Of a stretch of DNA of 64,000 nt, positions 28,291-37,200 are shown one piece after another (within the stretch, counting starts at the first letter, position 1; every line of letters begins with the position of its first letter). This DNA is from Candidatus Atabeyarchaeum deiterrae. GTDB taxonomy: Archaea > Asgardarchaeota > Atabeyarchaeia > Atabeyarchaeales > Atabeyarchaeaceae. The notes beneath the pieces are model-generated. The model saw nothing but the letters and a program-made list of their open reading frames with translations, was not told the DNA's origin and did no database searches. Where the stretch lies: positions 2,080,001-2,144,000 of the forward strand of contig CP147780.1 of NCBI GenBank assembly GCA_037310415.1, read 5' to 3'. The translations under genes and the position numbers were made by a program.

Positions 28291-29097
28291 TCACACTGAC
28301 AACTGCTCCAATGTGTAGACTTTTTCCGGATACACTACTATGCCGCTCTCATTGATAGCCATAGCTCTGAGCCCCAATTCGGATTTGGTTCCCCTCATTT
28401 TGGTGATCTCAATACACCTGAACCGTAGGAGCCCCTTCTGAATTACCTGCAGAACGATTACTCCGTCAACTACGAACTCCTCAACTCCAAATCTTCCGAA
28501 TCCAATGGCGCCCCTAGGCACTTCTGAAGTAAGGACTGTAGTACATCTTAACTTTTTCAAAGCCGCACTGACGCGTTGCAACTCCCTGCGAACAATGTCT
28601 GTATTTCGGAATTGTAGGAGAAGAGCGGTAACCGAGTCAAGAACAATCCTCTTTGCCCCAATCTCATTTACAGTATACTCAATCGCCTTGATCAAGGGAT
28701 TTAGATTGAATTCTGCTGATTCAATGATAACATCAGAGGTCCTTGTTTTTGCAGCTGAGAAATCTATGAATGCAAGTTTCTTCGACGATTTCATTTCTGA
28801 AATTTCCCAACCGAAGCGTTGAGCGTCACTAATAACCTCATCTACAGGTTGCTCGAACGAGATATAGACTCCTGGCTCGTCGTAGAGTATTGCACCAGAG
28901 TACAGGAACTGTAGGGAGAAGATCGTTTTTCCACTTCCTGCTCCCCCTGCTACGAGCATCGTTCTCCCTTTTGGGAATCCGCCTTCAATGAGTTTATCTA
29001 GATTCGTTATTCCCGAAGGTGTTCTATCCATTCTATTATCTACCCTCCTGAAAGACTTCCCTGGCATCCTGTTGTGCAACAAAACTTTGCTCCCCAA
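28291..29097 (-). CDS. single-domain KaiC/RAD55-like ATPase (likely start 29031)
   Basis: SGITNLD..GGFP, GAGSGKT, SFEQ, LDSVT, GVEEFVVD, KMRG. Confidence 0.92.
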   Translation of the reverse strand: MGSKVLLHNRMPGKSFRRVDNRMDRTPSGITNLDKLIEGGFPKGRTMLVAGGAGSGKTIFSLQFLYSGAILYDEPGVYISFEQPVDEVISDAQRFGWEISEMKSSKKLAFIDFSAAKTRTSDVIIESAEFNLNPLIKAIEYTVNEIGAKRIVLDSVTALLLQFRNTDIVRRELQRVSAALKKLRCTTVLTSEVPRGAIGFGRFGVEEFVVDGVIVLQVIQKGLLRFRCIEITKMRGTKSELGLRAMAINESGIVVYPEKVYTLEQLSV

Positions 29098-29458
29098 CGG
29101 CGTTCAGCGTCGCTGTGAGAATATCATCTTTATCAGGCACGCCAACGAATTTCCATGCGCCTATTATGATTACTGGGAGCGCAAGTATTCCCTCTTCAAT
29201 CACCATGCGGGGATCATCATCTATGTCAATTTCCTCAACTTTGACTGTGTCTCCGAATTGCTGCAACACTGAGTCGAGTATGGCCTTCGCAGCGCGACAG
29301 AAACCACACTGCTTGGAAGTGAAGAACCGCACATTGGATCTCATCAGTTCGTCCTCCATAACTAACTGTGCTCTGTACAGGTTGGCGGAAACAACTTGCG
29401 CCGACAGGCTCCCGTCTCTTTCGCCTCGACTTGAATAATCATGATACTTTGAGACCAC
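29036..29458 (-). CDS. thioredoxin-fold protein, KaiB-like
   Basis: CGFC; EIDIDDDP..IEEGILALP resembles KaiB IDVxxxPxLAEEDKILATP; directly upstream of the KaiC-like gene. Confidence 0.75.
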   Translation of the reverse strand: MVSKYHDYSSRGERDGSLSAQVVSANLYRAQLVMEDELMRSNVRFFTSKQCGFCRAAKAILDSVLQQFGDTVKVEEIDIDDDPRMVIEEGILALPVIIIGAWKFVGVPDKDDILTATLNAVGEQSFVAQQDAREVFQEGR

Positions 29459-29476
29459 GTTTCCGTGGCACTTAAT

Positions 29477-29938
29477 TCACGAATCAGATTCGCAGATCCT
29501 TCTCGTCTTCAGCTCTCCTGTCAACATCGCTGCTTCGAAGAGTTTCCTTGCAAATTCTTGGAAATCCCTGTCGCAGAGTAAGGGAAAGACAACGGACCCC
29601 ATTGTGGTGAGCATCTTCTTATATCGTTCAGGCGTGTCCGGTCTGTCGAGAAAGAGCAACAGACAATGAGGCTTGCAGCGCAATGGTTCCAGATTGCCGG
29701 TGTAGTAGCTCATGACAACTCCTTCGCCCACTTCGAGCGAGATAAAGCCTGGCTCATCTCCACTGAAAGATGACAGACTGAAGATATCGTTCACTGTCTT
29801 GTCACTGAGTTCGAACGGGGGGTAAGAAGCTTTGAGGATCGGTTTGTCATTCTTTACATTATGTCCGATAATTGACACACACAAAAGATACGTCTCTTTG
29901 CCTGCGATGCATTTCTCAACACTAAGGGTTTTGGCCAT
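29477..29938 (-). CDS. longin/uDENN-like domain protein
   Basis: beta-beta (PILKASYP)-helix-three beta strands (FISL, VMSYY, CLLLFL)-two helices, matching the longin/uDENN topology. Confidence 0.55.
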   Translation of the reverse strand: MAKTLSVEKCIAGKETYLLCVSIIGHNVKNDKPILKASYPPFELSDKTVNDIFSLSSFSGDEPGFISLEVGEGVVMSYYTGNLEPLRCKPHCLLLFLDRPDTPERYKKMLTTMGSVVFPLLCDRDFQEFARKLFEAAMLTGELKTRRICESDS

Positions 29939-29990
29939 CTCAGTTTCCTCCTTTCAGAAACCTACCGTTTGTTGAAGTAGCAGGTAACAT

Positions 29991-30290
29991 TTAGAGCCCA
30001 CAGGGATCCTCATTCACGCTACTTGATTGGCATTCTGATTCTCCCAAGTTTCTTCTCTGTGCAACGATCCGCGCCAGTTTCAAACCTTCCTCCGTGAGAA
30101 CGTAACTCAGGGCATCCGCAAATATGAGTTTCAAGTCGACCAACACGCGCAGGCGGGTAGCGACCAGTTTACTACGCAGTCCAGTTATCGCCTGAATTTG
30201 CTCAGCTTTTCTGGCGCCATCCATTATCGCCAGCAACACAACCTCCCCACATTCTCCTAGAGTCGCATCGAGGATTCCAAGATCTGTCAA
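29991..30290 (-). CDS. small winged-helix protein
   Basis: IQAITGL..VATRLRVLVDLKLI..YVLTEEG. Confidence 0.75.
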   Translation of the reverse strand: MTDLGILDATLGECGEVVLLAIMDGARKAEQIQAITGLRSKLVATRLRVLVDLKLIFADALSYVLTEEGLKLARIVAQRRNLGESECQSSSVNEDPCGL

Positions 30291-30375
30291 GCGCCTGCCC
30301 CCAAGACCCCATCCTCAACAATCGTCACCAATTCTTCAACAGCGGTTACCCCGTACCAAGCCTGTCTACGACTGC

Positions 30376-30795
30376 CTACCCAGTTGTCTCTAAATCAATC
30401 CTCTTCACTTCGACCTTCGTGGTGCCTTCTAGTGACTCTATGAGGTCCTGCATTTCTTTGTCTTTAATGCTAATCTGTGAGGGATCAAAGTAAGCTTCGT
30501 ACAAGCATTTGTCTCCTTTGTAGCAGAATCCTGTCGAGTAGACGACCTTGAGGTTACGTTTCACAAATGTCTCACTCATCTGTTTGAGGTATTCTGGAGT
30601 AAGCTTCTTGATCTCTATAGATACCTTGACTGCTTCTGAACTAGTGGTCGGGATTAGTCTAACGGTCTTGGTGGACACAGCGAGGATCATTAATGCATTT
30701 GTGTTCTCCCCCAGAACCTTCTGAAATTCATTTGGCAGCAGTATGGGTTCATCAGAGATCTTCACCATCCTTGCGAACGTCACGTCTTGTGACAA
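30376..30795 (-). CDS. AbrB-like N-terminus plus ACT-like domain protein
   Basis: ILLPNEF..LG swapped-hairpin pattern; C-terminal beta-alpha-beta-beta-alpha-beta ACT-like pattern with CYKGDKC. Confidence 0.55.
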   Translation of the reverse strand: MSQDVTFARMVKISDEPILLPNEFQKVLGENTNALMILAVSTKTVRLIPTTSSEAVKVSIEIKKLTPEYLKQMSETFVKRNLKVVYSTGFCYKGDKCLYEAYFDPSQISIKDKEMQDLIESLEGTTKVEVKRIDLETTG

Positions 30796-31091
30796 TTCAA
30801 GTCACCACCCCATCCTTTCTTTTGCGGTTATCGCAAATCGAAGAGCGAAAACACTGAACAACACACAACTTATCAGAAACAGCTATATAAGTCAATCCGA
30901 AATCAATTAGTATTAGGCACGCACCGTTACGAACATTCTTCCGTTGAGGGGACGGGTTAAGAGCACAACACCCCGAATCCACGGTTGATCAGTGATCGCC
31001 TATCAGCGTCGTTGGGGGGTCTGATCAGGCGTATTTGTCACCCGGCGCCTACTGGCGCAACGGCGTCTCACGGATGAGGTAGTCGAGGCTG

Positions 31092-31901
31092 GTGTTGTTG
31101 AGCAACAAGAAGAACAGGAAACACAGTAAGAAAGATCAAAGTGGTCATAGATCCAGACATTCGGCCAATGTGGGTTTCAGGACAAAGGGCGGAATAGGAC
31201 TGCCTACGGATCCATGGTGGGAAGAAGCGTTCAAACTTGGCGTAGAGAGGGTAGCTGCGGAGGCGGCATTGAACTCACTCGAGGATGCAAAGAAACGGGG
31301 GATTATCGGTCCCAAAGTCTATGACAAACTAAGAGAAGTCTACGTTGAGAAATTGACGGTAGTGGGGCAAAAGACGACAAACTGGCACCAAGAGTTTCCC
31401 TCATTCTCTGAGCCCGAATCAAGGCGAGAAATGATGAACGAACTCAGCAAGGCTGCAGCTCAGCCTTATGAGATCCCAAGTACGGTTGTCGCTATGCACA
31501 GGCGCGAAGAGCAATCCACTTCTTATCCAACGGGAAGCCCAAGAACATTTTTGGCAGATCCCGCACCAACAAAGATGGAACCCAAGGTGCCCGCAGGTCC
31601 AATTAATACGAGACGGGCGATGCTAGATGAACTTAAGGGTATACTCTCATCTGCGACTCATTCTCTTACAAAGGCTCCTGCATCTTCTATCAGCGGAAAG
31701 CATGCCACACCACAGAGAAAGCTCGCCCGTCCGCCGGCAGGAGCTGACAAAGCTTCTCCAAAATCGCCCCCGAATGTGCAAGCTCCCAAAGTTCCAACTT
31801 CCTCACCAGCACCTAGACTTCCTACGAAGATCATGGAGCTAAACCGAGAGTTCTTGGAAGAATATCGGAAACTCAGAAAAGGTGGTCCCCGAGCTGAGTA
31901 A
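31092..31901 (+). CDS. proline-rich protein with N-terminal helical hairpin and repeated short amphipathic helices
   Basis: LEDAKKRGII..YDKL hairpin; RREMMNELSK, RRAMLDELKG, NREFLEEYRK motifs in a Pro/Ser-rich region. Confidence 0.65.
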   Translation: MLLSNKKNRKHSKKDQSGHRSRHSANVGFRTKGGIGLPTDPWWEEAFKLGVERVAAEAALNSLEDAKKRGIIGPKVYDKLREVYVEKLTVVGQKTTNWHQEFPSFSEPESRREMMNELSKAAAQPYEIPSTVVAMHRREEQSTSYPTGSPRTFLADPAPTKMEPKVPAGPINTRRAMLDELKGILSSATHSLTKAPASSISGKHATPQRKLARPPAGADKASPKSPPNVQAPKVPTSSPAPRLPTKIMELNREFLEEYRKLRKGGPRAE

Positions 31902-31953
31902 CATTTCACTCGTGCCATATCTAATGAACCCGAGCAAGAGGTGCTAAAGACAT

Positions 31954-34900
31954 ATGTTGAAAGAAGAAAGACCGGAAACTCTTGAGGAACAAGGAATTCT
32001 TTTCAATCAAATTCTGAAGGAAGCCATGGGCATCTCGGATCAGGCAGCAGAAGCATTCAAAGTTCTTCTCACTCTTGGTCCGCTAACCCTTGGAGAGATT
32101 TCAACTAATAGTGGTTTGGGTTATGCACTTTCAACGAAGGCAGTACTTGAACTGGAAAGCGAGCGCCTGGTCAGGCGCATTCCTGGAGTTTTGAGCCGCT
32201 TTACAACGATTCCTCCTTATGCTGGTTTCGTAGCATTTCTTAAGGATTTCCAGAAAATCGCTAAGAACCTCGGGGACAGCACTACCAGTGCCGTTGACTC
32301 CGCATTGACAACCGTCAGCAAGAATTGCGGAGACTGGAAGAAGGAGGCTCAACAGGCGGCTAAATCAGGCATACAGCAGACTGTAAGTGAGATTGACCTC
32401 TACAAAAGCAGCTCTTCAAAAAACGTAACTGATATGCTGGAGAAGTTGAAACAGGAAACCGAACTCACGAAGACCATGGTCACAGACTCAATTAAGAAGC
32501 ATGTTGATGAGCACAAGATAAAATCAACTGAAGTTGAAACAGAACTCGCCTCCGGAATAGACAACGTAAACACAAAACTTGACACATCAGCCAAGAAATA
32601 CCTGAAAGACACCACAGACATGATGTCCACTTTTCTGGAGAACTACAAAGGAACCGTTCAAACGTTTGCTGAAACCGTCCATACAAACTTACAACAGTAC
32701 AAGACTGATATCAGAGAGAACCTCATCGTATTAGAAAATGAGATCTCGTCAATTGAAGCCAAACTCGAGGAGAAAGCGAGATCTACGATAACAAGTTCTA
32801 AAACCAAGAGTTCCGATGTCCTGGAAAGCCAGAGAAAGTCATTTGGAGAGAAATCCCTCGAACTCCAGTCCGGCATCAGAGATGTTACCGATCGTTTCAT
32901 GAAGGCAGCTTCAACTAATCTTGGCAAGTTCAAGTCATCCGTCGATGGAGCGATGAAGGAATTCTCGGTTGACCTCAGCAAGACTCTATCGGAATTCAAG
33001 GAGAAGACCACCGCATCTCTCGACAAATGGTGGTCGAACTTCAAAACAGGGATCAACGACTCGACCCAACTAGTTTACAAGAACATAGATGTGCTGGTGA
33101 ATTCTATCACCCGTGAGGGAGAGAGCCTCAACTCATTGGTACAGGGGTTAGTCGGATCTTTTACAACGAGAACCAAATCCTCCTTTGGAGAGCTCAGAGG
33201 AAAAGTAGAAGAACTATACTCGACTGGACTAGCTAACCTAACCGGAGCCGCTTCTGCCATTAAGGGCACATTGGAGGGGCTCATTGCTTCCCACGTATCA
33301 TCGAGCCAACTTATATCATCATTCTTAGAATCGACGCTCTCAACGGTTATCCCAAGTTGCTCCAACGCTTTGGCAGCAGTGAGTTCAGAGATTGGCAAAA
33401 ATGCTCAGAAGATGATGGTGCCACTGAGCAAGAAAAACGAGGCATTATTGTCCGCCCTAACAACAAAAGCAACAAACAAAGTCTCCTCATCATTCCCGGC
33501 CTTGGAGAAGGAAGTCGGCGGGATACTTGAAAGAATTCTCGCATCAAACACGCCTGCACCAATTTCAGAGAGTTCCTCAAAACCGACAACCAGAAAGACG
33601 GCTTCACCTGGAAGAAAGACAGCCCTATCCGCTGAAGCGAAGGAAATCATAAAAGGTTTCGAGAGGAAACTTATCGATGAATTGAAAGAGTACCTCGAGG
33701 AAGAGGCAAGCACGGGGCATACTTCCTTTGAAGAAGAAGCCAAGAAGCTGCAAACCGAGATCCGCGGAACACCTTTCACAAGCCTGAAAGCAGCAAGGCA
33801 AGGGCTCGGACAAAGCGAGGTTATTGCCGCAAGTCTGTTGCCCAAGTTCGCCGAATACTCCCAATCGATTGAATCCCTCGGCACACAGGTAAAAGACTTC
33901 GTCGATGTCTCCGCAAGACAATATGCTGGCGAAGCCGAGATTGCCAAAAAGGCTTTGAACGATCTATTATTGAGAAACGAGGAAGCATTAGGAGGAACTC
34001 TTAAGAAGGTTACTGAAGGGATTGGCTCCAGCAAAGCTTCACGCACAAGGCAAATCGCCACACTCGTCTCCGAAGCTCAGAACACGATTGGATCAGCCTC
34101 CGCAAAACACTTGGACGAGTTGGATGAACAAATTCAGCAAAGCAAATCAGGCTTGCTCGCGCTCGTCAACCAAGCAACGAAGAAATCCGACACGGCAAAG
34201 TCGTCAGCACAGACAAGTATCGCGAATCAGGTCAGCACAACTCTGGGAACATGTAAAGAGATAACGGAGTCGACAACGAATTCCATGCGTGCGGCAATGA
34301 TATCAGTTTCGCAGGAATTCGACGCTCAAACCTCGGCTCTGCAGAAGGACCTAGGCAGCTTCATTGCCCAATCAACAGACGAGATAAAGGCCTTCGTAGA
34401 AGAATCTGCTTCCAGGGTCGCCGAATTCAAAGAGAATCAGTCAAAGCAGATCGACTTAAAACTGGACAAGGCAGTCAAGGAACTTGGGGATTTTTCGAAC
34501 AAGCAAGTGAGCACCGCAATCGATACAACCTCCGCAATGAATACCTCACTTTCGAAGCTAACCAACGCGTCGCTAGGGGAGTTCAAGTCAGAAGTGGTCG
34601 GGGGCAAGGATAGATTCCACAGGGTGATCTCTTCTCATCTGCAGGATTATGAGCAGGAAGCCTTCGGTGCCAGCGGAACATGCGGCTACCTTCTATCAAG
34701 ATCTTATGAGAAATATAGAGAAGTCTCAATGGTTAACGAAAAGAATCATTCAGACGCTCTACTGACTCACCAGACAAGATATGAGAACTCGATGAACACC
34801 GCACAATCCGGCTTAATAGGCTGCATTGACAAAAACGAAGCATTACTGAAGGAAGAGACCAAAAGGATCTTGGGAGACTTCCGCGATAGCATTGAAAAAC

Positions 34901-35442
34901 ACAAGAAGGCGTCGGCCAGCGTTGAATGGATCCTTCAAAGCGCTTGGATGGCACTTGAGCGCGCTCCTCAGTTTTCAGAATCCAACACGTGGCCGGTCAT
35001 ATCGAGAACAGCTTTGGCTGCACACCTACAGGATATGATCAAGCGAACCAAGAGTCACATAGCGATTGCACTTCCAACGCTTGCAGAAGCACCTCTTGAA
35101 GACTTACAAAAGGTCAAGAAAGCGACCAGAGTAACACTACTGATTGGCGAATCAAAGGGTGACGAGAATCAGGAGCAACTGCTTGCCGGGTTATCGAAGA
35201 TGGGCAACGTGAGCATTCGGGCATCAGGAAGTTTGTCTTACTTCGGATGCTCCAAGGATTCCGAGGAAATACTCTTCGCTCCGATTGCCCAGAAAGAAAA
35301 TGATACTATCGGAATAGTAAGTGTAGAGGATGGCTACATTGAACTCTTTGAAAAACTGGTCCTTCCGGCTTTACTTGCTCCATCCTATGATCTCAAAGAG
35401 TCCGCAAAGCAGCAATCGACACCCAAGAAGACGCAAGAATAA
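31954..35442 (+). CDS. giant TrmB-like protein: N-terminal wHTH, about 900 aa helical insert, C-terminal TrmB/PLD-like domain
   Basis: GPLTLGEIS..LESERLV..RFTTIPP TrmB HTH; W.VISR..MIKRTKSHI..DSEEILFA C-domain. Confidence 0.75.
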   Translation: MLKEERPETLEEQGILFNQILKEAMGISDQAAEAFKVLLTLGPLTLGEISTNSGLGYALSTKAVLELESERLVRRIPGVLSRFTTIPPYAGFVAFLKDFQKIAKNLGDSTTSAVDSALTTVSKNCGDWKKEAQQAAKSGIQQTVSEIDLYKSSSSKNVTDMLEKLKQETELTKTMVTDSIKKHVDEHKIKSTEVETELASGIDNVNTKLDTSAKKYLKDTTDMMSTFLENYKGTVQTFAETVHTNLQQYKTDIRENLIVLENEISSIEAKLEEKARSTITSSKTKSSDVLESQRKSFGEKSLELQSGIRDVTDRFMKAASTNLGKFKSSVDGAMKEFSVDLSKTLSEFKEKTTASLDKWWSNFKTGINDSTQLVYKNIDVLVNSITREGESLNSLVQGLVGSFTTRTKSSFGELRGKVEELYSTGLANLTGAASAIKGTLEGLIASHVSSSQLISSFLESTLSTVIPSCSNALAAVSSEIGKNAQKMMVPLSKKNEALLSALTTKATNKVSSSFPALEKEVGGILERILASNTPAPISESSSKPTTRKTASPGRKTALSAEAKEIIKGFERKLIDELKEYLEEEASTGHTSFEEEAKKLQTEIRGTPFTSLKAARQGLGQSEVIAASLLPKFAEYSQSIESLGTQVKDFVDVSARQYAGEAEIAKKALNDLLLRNEEALGGTLKKVTEGIGSSKASRTRQIATLVSEAQNTIGSASAKHLDELDEQIQQSKSGLLALVNQATKKSDTAKSSAQTSIANQVSTTLGTCKEITESTTNSMRAAMISVSQEFDAQTSALQKDLGSFIAQSTDEIKAFVEESASRVAEFKENQSKQIDLKLDKAVKELGDFSNKQVSTAIDTTSAMNTSLSKLTNASLGEFKSEVVGGKDRFHRVISSHLQDYEQEAFGASGTCGYLLSRSYEKYREVSMVNEKNHSDALLTHQTRYENSMNTAQSGLIGCIDKNEALLKEETKRILGDFRDSIEKHKKASASVEWILQSAWMALERAPQFSESNTWPVISRTALAAHLQDMIKRTKSHIAIALPTLAEAPLEDLQKVKKATRVTLLIGESKGDENQEQLLAGLSKMGNVSIRASGSLSYFGCSKDSEEILFAPIAQKENDTIGIVSVEDGYIELFEKLVLPALLAPSYDLKESAKQQSTPKKTQE

Positions 35443-35516
35443 GATCCATTTCTTCTCCTCCTCTTTTTGGTATCTCATTAACGGCGCAGTAGATGTCGCG
35501 CTTCTTGGAGAACAGA

Positions 35517-36110
35517 CTATTCATGTAAGGCGCTCACGTATGGCGGTGGGGTTTTACCGTCTCTTGGCTGTCGCTGTTTCCTCTTTTCCAACATGTCATC
35601 TATGATCATTTGTGAAACCTTTCTGGCTGAGCCATCAGTGACAGATACTGGGTGAACCGTTACATTCTTGAATACACCCTTCAAATCATCCTCCGATAGA
35701 GTGTGTCTGTCCCATTTTGAAGCTAGCACGGAAACAACGCACTCATCTGAATACCTGATCACATTGTTGAGATACTTCTTGAAGAGTTTCCCCGCTTCCT
35801 TCAAGGTCTTCTTCGACGATGAATCGACCATGAAGAAGAGCAGAGACACCTCTGAGAATAAGTTTGGCAACCACTGGTCGGTAGAGTATGTGTCTATGAA
35901 ACTCGTCTGACCGCCGCAATCAAAAGCAGATACTTTCACTGTCTCCGAACCTTTGTAATTATACAACGTAATGTGCACACCGAATGTCGGAATATAATCT
36001 GTAAGCTGATTGAACTCCTTGCCCTCAAACACATACCTTTTAAAAGTTGTCTTCCCCGATGCAGGCATACCCATTACCAGAATTTTAAACACCGGCATCC
36101 TCAGGCTCAA
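35517..36110 (-). CDS. RagA/Gtr1-like small GTPase, paralog 2
   Basis: GMPASGKT, PTFG, FDCGGQTSFIDTYSTDQW, SKWD; close paralog of 27573-28094. Confidence 0.85.
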   Translation of the reverse strand: MSLRMPVFKILVMGMPASGKTTFKRYVFEGKEFNQLTDYIPTFGVHITLYNYKGSETVKVSAFDCGGQTSFIDTYSTDQWLPNLFSEVSLLFFMVDSSSKKTLKEAGKLFKKYLNNVIRYSDECVVSVLASKWDRHTLSEDDLKGVFKNVTVHPVSVTDGSARKVSQMIIDDMLEKRKQRQPRDGKTPPPYVSALHE

Positions 36111-36327
36111 CCTCCCTTCCTAACAAGAACGCCGCTCCGTTGCAAACTAAACATGATACTTATGTGTATTTAACTTGCTAGGGATTGCCCACGGTTCCCT
36201 GTCACCAATGCAACACCAGCTAAGGGCTCAAAAGACTGATCAACGGCTTTGAGTTTCCCGAGAAAGTATAAGCGTTGATACGCGTGGCAAGTGAAAATAT
36301 AAACTGAAGGATCCTTCAATTATCTGT

Positions 36328-37158
36328 TTGGAAAAGCGATGCCTCGTGTTCTCGAATGACATCGGGGGTTTGTTCGCTGCCCTCGATCTCGCTTTCCGAT
36401 CCTGCACTCATAGTCAAAAAGAATTATATATCAGAGCGAGAATATCCGAAAAGAACGAAGTGTGGCTGATGAAAGTGGCACAAGTACAAAGCACATCCGT
36501 TAAACAGGAACCCATTCTTCTGCTACTGAGAAGGGCTTCGAAAGCTAGCTATCTAATGGGTGCGTATATGTTAGTGTCGAGTTTGGTGAGTATTCTGAGT
36601 TCCGCGATCACACTCGGCACCGACATCTTGGCGTCCTCCACGCTACTGAGCATTATCTGGTCTTTTGTCGCTTTGTCCTTCTCCGCGGTCTTCGGATTCT
36701 TTGCATTCAGAGTCGGCGACGCGTACAAGTCCTCAACTCTCAAAGCCGGAGGTCTGCTGTTCGTCATGATCTACTTGTGGAACGTTGTCTCCGACGCATT
36801 GAGCATGGGGTCGGGCTTCTCCACCAACTTCGTTCTTACGCCATGGATTATACTTAGTTACGCGGCTTTCGCAGCGCTCAGCTTAGCATCTTCTGGGATT
36901 GCCTTGGCTGCATACATCTGCCTAATCATCGGAATGGCAAACATGAGGAATAGAACTGGCTTACAAAGCTTCAACACTGCAATGATTCTCTTCATTCTGT
37001 TTTTCATACCATTCGTCTTCGCATTTGGACTACTGACTCTCGGCGCAGCCCTCAACGAACTCGCGCGCAAGGATGAGAAGAAGAGGTGTCCGAATTGCGG
37101 GAGGGAGATCGAGCCTCACGAGTTGTATTGCAGGTTCTGTGGCGCAGAACTGAAGTAA
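36328..37158 (+). CDS. multi-TM membrane protein with C-terminal zinc ribbon (likely start 36469)
   Basis: Five to six TMs; CPNCG..CRFCG. Confidence 0.7.
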   Translation: MEKRCLVFSNDIGGLFAALDLAFRSCTHSQKELYIRARISEKNEVWLMKVAQVQSTSVKQEPILLLLRRASKASYLMGAYMLVSSLVSILSSAITLGTDILASSTLLSIIWSFVALSFSAVFGFFAFRVGDAYKSSTLKAGGLLFVMIYLWNVVSDALSMGSGFSTNFVLTPWIILSYAAFAALSLASSGIALAAYICLIIGMANMRNRTGLQSFNTAMILFILFFIPFVFAFGLLTLGAALNELARKDEKKRCPNCGREIEPHELYCRFCGAELK

Positions 37159-37200
37159 CCTATGGCGGGGAGCGTAACAGAGTAGATTCATACATTCTCT

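Noticed and set aside
28291-29458. Bona fide circadian clock
   Set aside because: Single-domain KaiC, no CII phosphosites, no KaiA; oscillation cannot be inferred
30797-31091. GC-rich intergenic segment as a possible structured ncRNA
   Set aside because: No SRP, RNase P or tRNA signature found by eye; may be only a divergent promoter/UTR. An Infernal/Rfam search would decide
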